Position numbers and translations under genes: made by a program. The notes under the pieces were generated by a model, which worked only from the letters and a program-made list of their open reading frames with translations, searched no databases and was not told the origin of the DNA. DNA of 64,000 nt, taken from contig CM022673.1 of NCBI GenBank assembly GCA_012295275.1, positions 29,574,001 to 29,638,000 of the forward strand, in the 5' to 3' direction. Positions 44,189 to 58,353 of the stretch are shown here, in pieces (within the stretch, counting starts at the first letter, position 1; every line of letters begins with the position of its first letter). The DNA is from Chrysomallon squamiferum (taxonomy: Eukaryota; Animalia; Mollusca).

Positions 44189-45033
44189 TTTCAAGAAGCG
44201 AAAATTAAAAAACAAACAAAGACGTTATGAGTTCTTTATACAATGAGATGCCAAATAATTTTATTTCAATTATTTTAAATTCAAAAAACATCTGTTTTGA
44301 AATTCAAAATCCACTCATTTTGTAAATACTAAAAAAAATTAGATGAGAAAAATTCATGGATTAAAAATATGTAAGTAATGGTTTCTTGTAAACTACATTC
44401 ATACGTATATAGGCCAGAACAGAAATGAAAATTTTCAAAGAAAAAACATGTTAAGAATGGTTTGTGTTTTGTCCATTTGTATATGGCTTATTTTGTACCA
44501 AAATATTTACAGCAGTAAGAATAATAATAACAATGATGATGATGATGGCAGTAATGAATATGATAATGAAGTTGCTAATGATGATGGTTATGATAATTAT
44601 TAAAATTTAGAAAGAAAAGAACACGGAACATTTAACACTATTCTCAAAACATCTGATTTTGAATCTAGACACAAATTAAACAAGTCACATTTTTAAAGTA
44701 AATGCCTATTTGGGCTACATTCTTTGTCTTTTAATATCCTCTTCCTATAAGTATTGAATAAATACGATAACATCCAAAAGTAAAATTTTCCATTTTAAAT
44801 AAGTATAAATCATTTTCAAATAACACGTAAATACTACCCAGTATTACCATTTTAAACTATATATAATGCTTATAGAAAAATCTTATTACAGCACTCCCAA
44901 AAGCTAAATTAAGGATGTCATAATATTACATAATCTGTTATTTTGGGTTAGTCTAACTATGTATAAAAGGCAGTCAGTCTGTCTATCTATCTCTATCTCT
45001 ATCTCTATCTCTATCTCTATCTCTATCTCTATC

Positions 45034-45119
<86 letters not shown>

Positions 45120-45705
45120 AGTTAAAATGATTTAAAGAATAACGCTTTTTGGTTCATGGTTTTTTATTTGGAATGAAATAATTACATTTTTCTTCCTACG
45201 ACGTTTCAATCTGTTAGGTTGTATTGTTATATGATTAAACAGTTTGAGAGGGGACAAGCGAGTTAGACAAACTCAATAAGGCGAATATACGTATGTATGA
45301 TTGATGTATACATATATGTCAGTATGTATATGTGTATATAGATAGAAAGATAGATAGATAGATAGATAGAAAGATATTGCAATATTTCTATATTTATCGG
45401 AACTTTATTTATTTATTTTAAACATTATACACACACACACACATGCACACACACACATGCACACATACTGTTTATTTGCATTATGAAGTATACGTACAGA
45501 TTTATTTTTCATCAGTATATTCTGCGTATATTTTTTTTATCGATATTTTTTTGTTTGTTTGTTTGTTATTATTATTATTTGTTTTTACTATCCAGCCGCA
45601 TATTGTATGAACGGCACATTTCATCGCAGAGAGGAATTATTTGAAAAGAGATGACTCTGAACTGAGGTGATACGTGATTCAAACACGCTCGATGTTTTTC
45701 TTGCT

Positions 45706-46104
45706 TTAGTTACGTTCGAATGCGGGATTCGTAAATGCACCGTAACGAGCCTCACTGGTGTTGCTGTCCATAGTGTTATTCTGTCTCACTATCTCAATGG
45801 CTTGTCTGAAAATTCTTCGACGAAGGAGCAGGTTGTTCATTTCCAAGGTAAACCAGACCATTGTTGTTCCTATGACCATGGCACCCAGGATGCATATCGA
45901 GTACAAGACAGCAAACTGAAGATGGTGCTGATCATCGTTCTGAGTATGACTCCATCCTGAGTTTAGCAAATTATTGAACATGGGAATTCCTGCAGCAGTC
46001 ATAATGAGGCAAATGGTCAACAGTAATCCGAACAGCTTGAGACGTCGTTGTAAATTCATCGGATAAAGGCGACCATATTCTCGCATTATTTCACGCCACT
46101 GACC
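45706..46104 (-). CDS. MARCH-like E3 ligase variable terminal exon V6 (132 aa)
   Basis: Same acceptor and phase as V9. Intact ORF, one codon shorter in TM2 (frame-preserving). Confidence 0.8.
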   Translation of the reverse strand, partial: GQWREIMREYGRLYPMNLQRRLKLFGLLLTICLIMTAAGIPMFNNLLNSGWSHTQNDDQHHLQFAVLYSICILGAMVIGTTMVWFTLEMNNLLLRRRIFRQAIEIVRQNNTMDSNTSEARYGAFTNPAFERN

Positions 46105-47168
46105 CTGAGAATTCAATACACGTGAATGAGACTTTTTTTATTCGGTGCGAAAATTAAAAACAAATACTACCCAATATTATCATGTTAAACTATGTTTAAT
46201 GCTTATAGAAAAATCTTTAGAGGTAAATTAAGGATGTCATACTTTTACATAATTGTTATTTTGGAAAAGTCTCTAAAAGTCTCTGTCTGTGTGTCTGTCT
46301 GTTTCTCTTTCTCTGTATGCCTCTGCAAACAGAAATTCCATAAAAATATAGGGACGTAAAATATTATATCCTAGATAATAAACTTGCTTCAGAAGTTTCG
46401 GCACCAGTAACAATGGATTTTATGTTATTCACGCATCAAAGTAAAATAACTGTAATTTTGCCTGACCACGTGAAAAGACTGGAGTGAAACAGACAGCTCA
46501 ACTTCAGATTATGTTTAAATAAATTTACATTTAACTGCACCTAAGTCGATCATTTGCTTAAATTGTTCGTGTTAGGGTTAGTAGATTGATTATATTTACA
46601 TTCGATTAACATATTTATATTTTTAAATTCATCAATTAAACTCCTTTATTATCTTTCAAATGTGTAAAATAACACCCTAACGGTGACTTATAAAATTAAT
46701 TATAAAGGAAATTATGATATCAGAACCAGTACTTGTAAAATAATAATACATCATTTACTTATAATACACTAATGGTAGACAATACCATAGTGGTATCTTT
46801 TAAAATTGCAATATAACCACGATATATTACATAGTGTGATAACAATTTCTTTTGAAATAACACAATGAAGGTTATTTATAAGACACTCTAACGGTAAATA
46901 ATAGCACAGAGATATCTTGTATGACAATTCTATAAAGGATAATTTGTAAAATACATTGATAAAAGTGAAATATCTATTGTACAAATTATATTTTTGGAGT
47001 TTCATGTAGTTGAATTTTTTATATTTTTTATTTTTTAATTTTTTAATTTTTTTTCTGTTTAGAATACCAGTTTAGTTAATAAAACTGTCAAGAATTTCAT
47101 TAAATTCTGGTATTGGAAAATCTATAGACAACCTTCTGGCATTCACGCTAGAATGGCTTAGTCATCAT

Positions 47169-47433
47169 CAGGGTTGAATTTAATGTCCTTGCCGCCCATA
47201 GGCTGAATAAATTTTACCGCCCCCTCCGCAAGGCTCAAGTCCACTTCACACTCTCCACTTAGTTAATATAATATGAATGCTTATAACGTATGATCTAGTT
47301 GAAGGCAAAAACATGGTTTTACATTTACATAATGATTTATTTATAAATCAGATATGTAACATAAACTGCCGCCCCTATCATCCTGCCGCCCAAGGCACTA
47401 GCCTAGAAAGCCTGTCTGGGAAATCCGGGCCTG
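47169..47433. mobile_element. hAT-like MITE inserted in the 3' end of exon V5
   Basis: Degenerate terminal inverted repeats CAGGGTTGAATTT (47169-47181) / AAATCCGGGCCTG (47421-47433). Subterminal TGCCGCCC repeats at both ends. Flanking 8-mers GTCATCAT (47161-47168) / GTCCTCAG (47434-47441) are 6/8 identical, consistent with an 8-bp target-site duplication. Confidence 0.6.
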
Positions 47434-47733
47434 GTCCTCAGAGAGACTCTGCGAATCCTGCGACGTCTGTACGTATACGAGATTTCCAGGCCGATCCAGA
47501 CGAAAACGGTAATAACACTCAAGAAGGTTAGAAAGTAGACAGATATCATAAACCTGGGATGAAGTGGATGAGCAAATCTGAGCAATCTTAGGACACGTAA
47601 GTCCTTCGCGAACATTCCACAAAAACCCGTAAAGACTAATAAGAATCCGATTAAGCCTAACCCCTATTTTCGCTCTTTTTTCTAACGTCACTGGATTGAG
47701 GCGGCTGTATTCCCTGAGTAAGTCACTCGCGAC
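47403..47733 (-). pseudogene. Variable terminal exon V5, frameshifted (pseudo-exon or assembly indel)
   Basis: Acceptor ATGTTGATTTCACAG|GTC, phase 0. VASDLLREYSRLNPVTLEKRAKIG is in one frame and LGLIGFLLVFTGFCGM...WIGLEISYTYRRRRIRR in another. Removing one G from the GGGG run (plus-strand cccc 47661-47664) restores a 109-aa frame. Confidence 0.7.
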
Positions 47734-49619
47734 CTGTGAAATCAACATAGTTAAGGTCAGTTTCTGTTCTAACAAGACTCCGTAACTCTAACATTTTCAA
47801 ACACTAGTCTGCATTTATTTTATTTTTAATCACTGAGATAGAGAGAGAGAAAACAAATCTTTACGTCTTGCTTACAGGAAGTTGTGAAGTAAGGGGAAAT
47901 CACTCAAATAAGTTTTTTTGACCCGATGAGTGATGATCCGAATTCTTACCAGTTACAGTACAAGTATGCGATACAAAAAATACAGAAACAAGGTTTGTGT
48001 AAGTAGACATTTTGATCTTAATCGTTTTTAAAACAATTTAAGGTTTTGTTTCTGAATCTTCTGGCTTAACTCGTTGTTCGGTTTATATTCGTTTAAAAAT
48101 AACTGATAATATGCAAAATGGAACATTTAAGAAATTCAGTAATTATGTTATTGTTATTATCTAAAAGTTATAAAATAATAATAATAATAATAATTATGAT
48201 AATGATAATGCTGATAATAATGATGATGGTGATATAGTGTATTAATGATAATAATCACAGTAATAAAATTAATTAATAATAATGATGATGATGATGGATT
48301 AATTTAAAACTAAAACAAGATATAAACTGAATCCATAATTTCACATATTATTTAGAGTCTTCGCAAGATTAAAACAAGAAAAACTCACATCAGAAGTAAA
48401 ATACGAAATCTGCACAAGATGTAAGGATCATAATAAATAAAATATAAAATTATAATCACAATTTTGTTTCAGTGACTCTTAATCCTTGGTTTGATTCAAA
48501 ATATATCTTCAGTCTGAAGACACTACATTAAAGTCATTAAATCAGTTTCTTTTAAACTTATTATTATTGTTATATATTAAGTTGACATTACAAAGGCGAA
48601 CAAAAGATGGTTAAAGATTCCAAGAAAAGATATAAGAAACCAGACAGCGTATGAGGAGTGCAGAATGCTTAAGAATGCAAGATAGCTAATGTTGATAGTT
48701 ATGGATCCATTGCCCTCGAAGACCACTTCACCTTTTCAAAATTTATTTATGAATCCTAATCTAAATTCGTTTAAGATTTCACTATCTCTTAGAGAATCAA
48801 ATTATTCATCATCGTATAAATTGTTGACAAAATAGCAACAGCAACAACAAACAAACAAAAACAAACAACGAGAAAAAAACAAGCGTTACGATATCTTTCC
48901 AGGATGAGCAGTTTTTACTTATCTTGTGTTGTCAATGTGATTTTCAAACCGTATTGTTGTTGTTGTTGTTGTTGTTATTATTATTATTATAAATATATAT
49001 CTACATTATTAAATAATAGTTTTATGACAGGTAAGGTCTTGTCAGTCTTGTTTTACTGTTGCTAATGTCTAATAGTTGTTCGTCATTCTTTTCTGGTGAA
49101 ACAATAATGACAATGATGAGTTGGTGATGATGATTTTGATAAAAAAAATTCTATATTACTATTTTCTTTTAAAGCGAAATAACAACTTTTTATTATAAGC
49201 ATTTAATTTCAAATTTTCACTTGAACTTGAATAGTCAAAATAATATATAATTAAATACTTCTACTATTACTACTACTACTACTACTACTACTAATAATAA
49301 ATAACTACTACTACTACTTCTATTACTAATAGTAATAATAATAATAACAAATGTAATGTTACTTGTTACTATTATGTACATTCTGATTATAGTTACACTA
49401 TTACTGTTTTTCTTATTTTGTATTTGACTTCTGATATTATAATCGTATTAAGTTCACATATATAATAAATAAAAATAATATTAAAAATGAAAATAAATAA
49501 ATAAAAATGAAAATGAAGAAGAAGAAAAAATACATGATTTCAGGAAGTGTGAATCGTTACTTTAAAAAAAAAATCTATTAGATAAATTTTCATTTATTTA
49601 TTTTAGTTTTATTCTAGAA

Positions 49620-49653
<34 letters not shown>

Positions 49654-50133
49654 TATCGTTTCTTTATTTATCATTATTATTATTATTAGTTATATATATT
49701 ATTATTATTATTATTTTATTATTATTGTGGTTTTTTTTGTGTTTTTTCGGTGTTATTTTTTTGGCATCTCATATTATCTTCGTTTAAAAAAACCAAGAAG
49801 ACTGAAAAATAACAAGAAACAAACAACTTTCCTTTGTGTTAATTTCTGAATCATTTCAAAAGAAATCAAAGCATCACTAACTGCTGCGATGTCTTGGAAG
49901 CCCTACACAATTGTGCTTCAGCATTGTGCGTCTTTTTTCTGTTATTACAGTTATCAAATAAACTGACTGATAAGTTCCATAGTCGCAAGATAACCGCGAG
50001 TTTTGTAACGAAGACTACACAAATATTCTCTTGTGATTAATGCAGCTTGCGTTCAGACCAAGCATTTTCTTCCTATTTTTTTTTTTTTTTTTCTGAATAC
50101 ACTAATATCACAAATAGTAACAAATCCTGAAAT

Positions 50134-50484
50134 TCAGACAGCATTTCTGTTATTCACTTGTCCGAAAAAACTCTGGTTTGCTAAGCGGATAGCGTGGCGA
50201 TGAATTCTCCGACGCCTGTGACTGTAGCTAACTTCCAGTGCAGCCCACAGAACGGCAGTACCGATAAACTTGGCTCCCAAGATGCATAGAAAGTAGAAGA
50301 GAAGGGTAAACTTGAGGCGACTGACGTCTGATCTCAGATGGCCGTTCGGAACTATCCCCGACATGAAAATTCCGACTGTTGCCGTAAGAATCAGAATGAA
50401 AATTAATAGACCACAAAGCGTCGCTCGCTTTCGTAACGTCATCGGCTGAAGTCGGCTGTATTCCCGGAACAAATCATGCATGAT
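50134..50484 (-). CDS. MARCH-like E3 ligase variable terminal exon V4 (116 aa)
   Basis: Acceptor ATGTTAATTTCGCAG|ATC, phase 0. IMHDLFREYSRLQPMTLRKR-TM1-loop-KFTLLFYFLCILGA-TM2-WAALEVSYSHRRRRIHRHAI. Confidence 0.85.
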   Translation of the reverse strand: MMHDLFREYSRLQPMTLRKRATLCGLLIFILILTATVGIFMSGIVPNGHLRSDVSRLKFTLLFYFLCILGAKFIGTAVLWAALEVSYSHRRRRIHRHAIRLANQSFFGQVNNRNAV

Positions 50485-50692
50485 CTGCGAAATTAACATA
50501 TTTTGAATCAGTGAAGATTAAGAGACATCGCAGACGCAGTTAATTTTATTTTTAATTTATTTTACTTATTTTATTTTTGTTTTGTTACGTTTTTTTTTTT
50601 CTTTGTTAAACGTTAGAACAAGTTATAAAAAAAAGAAAAGAAAAAATAGAGAAAAGTAATAAAAAGTAAATAAATAAATAAAAAGGTTATAT

Positions 50693-50752
<60 letters not shown>

Positions 50753-51880
50753 TAGTGATGATGATGGTGATAATACAACAGAAGCTGGAAATTAAATTTA
50801 ACGTTTATAAACAGTCGATGTTTAAAAAACAAACAAATGGCTACCGTTACATTAACAAATTTCTCTTTTTTTGCTATTCCACCCACGTTTACAAATTATT
50901 AGTCATAAAGTCATCCATAAAAAAATAAAAAAAAGTATTCCAGCAGCACATATTTGGAATTAATGAACGCGCTATGAACTATATAAACTTTTGTTATCAA
51001 TACTCTACTTAGTCGTTTTATTACAGTACTATATTAACGATTATTGACAATTAGCTGTATAGTTCTTTACGGAAGAGAGAGAATGAAAAAAGAAAAGAAA
51101 AAAAGAAACTGAAAAATAATAGTAATAAAATAAATACAAGAATTAAAAAAAGATTTAAAAATTTAAAAAAAGAAGAAGAAAAAAGAGAAAAGAAAAGAAA
51201 AGAAAGAAAAGTGGAACAAAAGAACATGATACATACGTGATAATTATATCTGTCGTAAAAGTAATATAAATACTATTTCACATTTTAAAACACAAAGAGA
51301 CGAAATTAGCCTATTAATGTAAGAGAACAAAGCAATCGGATATTAAATCGCCCGCTACTGTAAAGAGCGACGACTGCAAACAATGACAAAATCAGATGAT
51401 TGTTCTATTCTATAACAGTCCTTACATGATCACGTGAGAATCATTCATTGTTCGTGACAGTGCGTGCAAAACACATAAATATCTTTATGGAACATAGTTC
51501 GTTCAACTTAAACAATGTATGCAAAACAGTTATGGGTTTCTCAGAACATCTTGCATTCAGCTAGTATTACGTAGTCAAAAACACAACCGTAGATTCCTCA
51601 GAAAATTTATCATTCAAGTTATATTCAAAACATGTTTTCATTCGAGTTATATAATGTATACAAAACATGTATACAGCTGTAGACATCTGAGAACATCTTT
51701 CATTCAAGATATAACATATAACCAAAACCTGTGCACAGATTTAGATTTCTCAGCAACATGTTTCATTCAAGAAAAAACAACATAGGGAGTGTGGGAAACG
51801 TCCACTTTTCTCGAAAAAGTGATATTTAAAAAAAAAAATTAAATAGTTTTTTCATTTTTCTATGGCTCAGCGAGAGTAAA

Positions 51881-52255
51881 TTACAAAACATTCTTCCTGC
51901 CGACTCTGGGGAAAAATCTACTTCCGAATGTCAAACGTAGAGCCTCGTCGCGAATGCGTTGACGTCGTTGTGTGTACCTGACCTCCATGGAAATCCACAG
52001 CGCGGAAAGCCCGATAAAACAAAAGATCCCCATAGTGTACAGACTGCTGAGCAGCGTGGCGAATTTCTCGTTCTGACTTAATCGTACAGCTACGGCTTCG
52101 GCTCTGTTCCGAGATTTTGACGGATTATTGAAAACGGAGCTTCCAATCGCTGCCGTAACTACGGCTATGGAAAAAAGAAGTCCGAAAAGTTTTGATCGTT
52201 TTCCTGTAGTCATCGGATTCAGTCGACTGTATTCAACGAACAAGTCATGCATAAC
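51881..52255 (-). CDS. MARCH-like E3 ligase variable terminal exon V3 (124 aa)
   Basis: Acceptor ATGTTGATTTCTTAG|GTT, phase 0. The TAG is an in-frame stop, so the upstream 'MLIS' cannot be coding. VMHDLFVEYSRLNPMTTGKR...WISMEVRYTQRRQRIRDEAL. Confidence 0.85.
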   Translation of the reverse strand, partial: VMHDLFVEYSRLNPMTTGKRSKLFGLLFSIAVVTAAIGSSVFNNPSKSRNRAEAVAVRLSQNEKFATLLSSLYTMGIFCFIGLSALWISMEVRYTQRRQRIRDEALRLTFGSRFFPRVGRKNVL

Positions 52256-52309
52256 CTAAGAAATCAACATATTTGCATCAAACAGGATTCAGAAACCTTC
52301 CAGTGTTGA

Positions 52310-52359
<50 letters not shown>

Positions 52360-52661
52360 CATTAATGAGATACTCCTAACATAAATAATTTGTTTTTACT
52401 GCCTATTTGTTTTACAACAGGAGAGAAAAAAAATAATAAAATAAATAAAACAAAATAATAAAAATAAAAATAAAAATAAAATAAAATAAATTAAAAAATT
52501 AATAATAGTTGTATTTTTAAATAATATAAAGAGTTGCTGATTAAGAAGAAAAAAAAGAATGGAAAATACAATGGAAAAGATATAGCTAAAAAAACCCACA
52601 TTAATCTAACGGTCATTTATAATTACAATATTTTTAAATTCTTATTATTACCATCATTTTT

Positions 52662-52698
<37 letters not shown>

Positions 52699-52801
52699 AA
52701 CAGTAATAATAATAAAAAAAATAAAAAATAAATAAAAAGAAATTAGTAAGTAAGAAGTAAGTAAATAAATAAATAAATGGAAGAAAACCTCAGCTAAAAC
52801 A

Positions 52802-52858
<57 letters not shown>

Positions 52859-53199
52859 CTTTTATGAGAAACAGTAATTTTATCTTTAATAAATGTTCTG
52901 ATTTTCTCTGGAAATAACTCTAAAGTACAAATTGAATCTGTGGATATGTCAACTAATTTGTGCTTATAAATTCCTCCAAAATACAGAAACAATTGTCAGA
53001 ATTACATATTAATGTAAAGGTTAACTGACAACCTGACAACGCGAGGCACCACTGACTAAGATGTTATTTGATGCAGTCATAGTTGATCTCTGCGACGACA
53101 GCTACAGTAGTTATAGATGATAATAAAAAAATACGTTACAAGAGAAATCTTTACCGTCAAAAATTCGAAAGAAAGCTGCCGTCATATTTAAATTTTCTG

Positions 53200-55775
53200 T
53201 ATTTTGCAACAGCCCTGACTTTCAAACAGTATTTGTATTTAAAGATATTTCGCAATAGCCGTCATTCAAACAATATTTTACAGTTAGAGATATTGTGAAA
53301 TAGTAATCATTCAAACAGTATGAAGTTAAAATATTTTTCATTTCCAGTTACTATATTCTACAATGTCAATCATTCAAATAATACTTGTAGTTCAGATATT
53401 TTGCATAAACTCTACCATTCAAACAATGTTTGTAGTAAGATTATAATGCACGACAAAAGTATGTAAACAGTATTTTAATGAGATTGTATTGTCAATGTAG
53501 ACATTTAAACAATATTTGTAGTCATATTTTTTTGCAACAGCACTGACATTCAAACAATATTTCTAGTGAAGATATTTTGCTAGAATGACGTTCGAACATT
53601 ATTTGTAATACGATTATACTGCATCGGTACAAATATGTGATTAATGAGATTATATTATCGGTATAGATGTTTAAACAATGTTTGTAGTTAAATGTTTGCA
53701 AAAACATTGTCATTCAAACTATATTTGCACTGCAGTAGGACAAATATATAAACGATATTTTAATAAGATTATACTGCATCAGTACAGACATTTGGACAAT
53801 GTTTGTAGTTAGATATACTGCGACAACACTGACATTCAAACAATATTTGTAGTTAAGGTATTTTGCAATAGTACTGGCATTCAAAAAATATTTGTAGTTA
53901 AGGTGTTTTGCAATAGCACTGGCATTCAAACAATATTTGTAGTTAAGGTGTTTTGCAATAGAACTGGCATTCAAACAATATTAGAAATAAGATTATATTG
54001 CATCGGTACAGATGTTTAGAAAATGTTTGTAGGATACATATATTGTAATAACAACAATATTTGTAGTTCTGTGTTTATTGTGTGTGTGTGTGTGTGTCTC
54101 GAAATAGCACTGGCATTAACCGATATTAATAGTTAGATATTTTGCAACAGCACTGGTAATATTCAAAATTGTGATATATTGCAACAGCACTGTCAGTAAA
54201 CAAAATTTATAGAAAAAATATTGCAACACCATTGACATTAAACCAATATGTAGTGCAATATACAGGAAAAACAATATAGGCGATAGATGGTTTTTAAATG
54301 AGATATAAACATAATTTAATGTTAGATACCTTGCCACAGCCTTGTGATATAAACAGTATTTAATGTTACATACGTTGCCACAAATCTGACATACAAACAG
54401 TATTTAATGTTATATACCTTGCCACAGCACTTGCATTATAAACAGTATTTAATGTTAGATACGTTTCCACAGCCCTGAGATATAAAAAGTATTTAATATT
54501 AGATACGTTTCCACAGCCCTGAGATATAAACAGTATTTAATGTTAGATACGTTGCCACAGCCTGAGATATAAACAGTATTTAATGTTAGATACGTTGCCA
54601 CAGCCCTGACATATACACAGTATTTAATGTTAGATACGTTGCCACAGCCCTGACATATACACAGTATTTAATGTTAGATACGTCACCACAGCCCTGAGAT
54701 ATAAACAGTATTTAATGTTAGATACGTTACCACAGCCCTGAGATATAAACAGTATTTAATGTTAGATACGTTGCCACAGCCTGAGATATAAACAGTATTT
54801 AATGTTAGATACGTTGCCACAGCCCTGACATATACACAGTATTTAATGTTAGATACGTTGCCACAGCCCTGACATATACACAGTATTTAATGTTAGATAC
54901 GTCACCACAGCCCTGAGATATAAACAGTATTTAATGTTAGATACGTTACCACAGCCCTGAGATTAAAACACAGTTTAATGTTAGATACGTTGCCACAGCC
55001 CTAAGATATAAACAGTATTTAATGTTAGATACGTTGCCACAGCACTCAGATATAAAACAGTTTTTAATGTTAGAAACGTTGCCACAACACTCAGATATAA
55101 ACAGTATTTGATGTTAGATACGTTGCCACAGCCCTGAGATATAAACAGTATTTAATGTTAGATACGTTGCCACAGCACTCAGATACAAACATTATTTAAT
55201 GTTATATACGTTGCCACAGCACTCAGATACAAACAGTATTTAATGTTAGATACGTTGCCACAGCACTCAGATACAAACAGTATTTAATGTTAGATACGTT
55301 GCCGCAGCACTCAGATACAAACAGTATTTAATGTTAGATACGTTGCCGCAGCACTTGCATTATAAACAGTATTTGATGTTAGATACGTTGACACAGCCCT
55401 GAGATATAAACAGTATTTAATGTTAGATACGTTGCCACAGCACTTGCATTATAAATAGTATTTAATGTTAGATACGTTGCCACAGCCCTAAGATATAAAC
55501 AGTATTTAATATTAGATACGTTGCCACAGCATTCAGATATAAACAGTATTTAATGTTAGATACGTTGCCACAGCCATGAGATATAAACAGTATTTAATGT
55601 TAGATACGTTGCCACAGCACTCAGATATAAACAGTATTTAATGTTAGATACGTTGCCACAGCCATGAGATATAAACAGTATTTAATGTTAGATACGTTGC
55701 CATAGCACTTGCATTATAAACAGTATTTAATGTTAGATACGTTGCCACAGCACTTGCATTCAAACAGTATTAATG
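53200..55775. repeat. ~44-bp minisatellite: homogeneous 54310-55775 (~33 copies), degenerate 53200-54310
   Basis: Unit 'acagtatttaatgttagatacgttgccacagccctgagatataa'. Diverged relatives ('ttttgcaacagcactgacattcaaacaatatttgtagttagata') lie to the left. Confidence 0.9.
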
Positions 55776-56116
55776 TCACTGGTTTGGTTTCTGGTCGCTA
55801 TTTGAATAGCCTGTCTTTGAATTCTTCGACGTCGTGTAGAGTAGCTGATTTCCATGACAATCCACGCAGAAAGCGTACACACAGTAACGGCTCCCATTAT
55901 ACAGAGGCAGTACAGCAGCAGAGTAAACCTCAGTTGATAGAGTCCGTTCCTGGGATAGGTGCCCATGTTTTTAGCATTCTTCATAACACTGGTCATGGAA
56001 ATACCAACCGAAGTTGTGACTATTGTGAGGAATGCTAGCAGTCCGCCTAGTTTTATTCGCTTGTACAACGTCATTGGTCGCAGAAGGCTGTATTCCCGGA
56101 ACAGTGCGTGCATGAC
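55760..56116 (-). CDS. MARCH-like E3 ligase variable terminal exon V2 (118 aa)
   Basis: Acceptor GTATTAATTTCAACAG|GTC, phase 0. VMHALFREYSLLRPMTLYKR...RFTLLLYCLCIMGA...WIVMEISYSTRRRRIQRQAI. Confidence 0.85.
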   Translation of the reverse strand, partial: VMHALFREYSLLRPMTLYKRIKLGGLLAFLTIVTTSVGISMTSVMKNAKNMGTYPRNGLYQLRFTLLLYCLCIMGAVTVCTLSAWIVMEISYSTRRRRIQRQAIQIATRNQTSDINTV

Positions 56117-56196
56117 CTGTTGAAATTAATACAATTTTTCATCAAACAAGATTCACTACTCTTGGAGTTCCAGAAATCTTTTCTTTTCTTTCAATT

Positions 56197-56248
<52 letters not shown>

Positions 56249-57855
56249 AATTTTCTTTAAAATATTTTAAGTTATCTATTTCATTAATTTTTTTTTTTTC
56301 CTTTTTCTTTTCCTTTTTTTTTTTCTGGTTTATCAGCTAGCTTTTAACTATTGTTTTAGCACAGCGCTCAATTGCTTATTGTTATGCTAATAAATAACTA
56401 AGACAATACATAAAGAGCTATGCGCAATTATCAGTCATCATGAAAATGTGAGAAATTTCAAGTTTAAAATTTCCATATGATTTATTTTCAAATTTAATTC
56501 ATGAAAGGAAAAGCCTGTATGTATAATAAACATTTCAGGCATAAAGAAAGTCAAATACCAACAAAGGAATTATTGAAAGTTTATTTATATTCGAACTGTT
56601 TTCGTATAAACAAAACTTTGTTGAAGACCGCTAATATTTCTACATTTGATTATTTTGCTCCATTACAATTTTTTTGTTAGTAAATATGTATATTGATAAA
56701 AGAAAAAAAAAAATAATAAGAAAAGAAAGAAAAAGGATTATTAAGTTTGGAGTGATGTGTGTGAAAACTTGAAATAGCAAAACGTAACTATTCAGATCTA
56801 ATTTCCTTTTTGACAACCAATCAGTAACATAATAAAGTGGTTGCAGTCTGCATGCAAATATCATTAAAATATTGCTCTCTATTTACTTCCAGTCCAGTCT
56901 GTAATAACAAAATATTATAACTGACCCACTCTTCTAGGAGATATTTAAAAATCAATGACATAAAATTACAGCTGCCTTATAGTTAAACATCGTATTGAGA
57001 CGAGATAACCGTAAGTTAAAACCGTTCACCAGTATTTTGATATTTTTTGTTTGTTATACAGTCTAGTGTAATACAAATCTAAACGCTTTTTAAAAAATAA
57101 TAAGCAGTGTCACACACCGAAGAGAAGCAACACTATATATTTTAATATACTGAGTAATGCAAAACATGTATTAAGGATAAGGTTTGTAATGCCTTGAGAA
57201 TAGATACCTTTTGAAAAACTAATTTTTCAGTTTTTGCGAGCAACTGATATCATCATATTTTAAAATGATTTCGAACTGGTTTTGATCACAGACTGCGAGA
57301 TGGATGTATGCAGAGATCACGAAATAGACATATTCACAGATAATATATATTAATAGATCACGAGAGATATATATTCACAGATAATACAATAGATATATTC
57401 ACAGGTCTCCAGATATATATATATATTAATTAAAAAAAATTAAAAACACGAGATGTATATTTCACTTAAAAACAATGAATATCTTCATTTATCACTATTT
57501 TACTGTGTTTATCATACAAGAGAAGCATTTATTTATTATTATTTATTTTTAATAAAAACATATTCCTTAAAAAAATTGACGGTTATTGTTTTAATCATAA
57601 ATAATAAGATACGTGGATAGATGCAGTATATTTCCTCAGTTCTGAATTCTCTTTTAAAATGTTTCAAATACTGAACACAATTCTTGCAATCATTACGTTT
57701 CGTACTCTTCATGAGATCGCATGCACAGACACACGCACACACGTTCTTTAATGCTGATATAAGGCACGGAAATAAACAGAAATTCAGATTATAAATAACA
57801 GTGGAGACAAATAAATAAATAAATATATATATATATATATATATAAAGTAGACAA

Positions 57856-57961
<106 letters not shown>

Positions 57962-58353
57962 TTATTACTATAGAATGTATCTCAACTTGTCACTGAAAAG
58001 AAAAAATTGATTTTGCTTTCTTTTCTTCTTCTTTTTTTTTTTTTTCGTGGGTTTATAGATTTTTGTTTCCAACGAATGTAACCAAGAAACGACCTTTGTT
58101 TCTGACATGAAAGACACACGCGTTTATTTACAAACTACGTCAAAATCCATCACACGGCACACCAGCAAAATAACATCTTCATTCATTTTTTATTTAACTT
58201 ACATCTGTGTACTAATGAGCAAACGAACACCTTTTCATTCATGTATTTTTATTTTGTTATTTTCATTACTTTCCATTATTTATTTTTTTATTTTTTTATT
58301 CCTTGTTTAAATGAATGGGGTGGATCTCTATTTCTTCGTCTTTTAAAGAAAAG

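Noticed and set aside
55760-55777. C-terminal PDZ-binding motif in V2 (DINTV)
   Set aside because: Position -2 is Asn, not Ser/Thr, so it is not a canonical class I motif.
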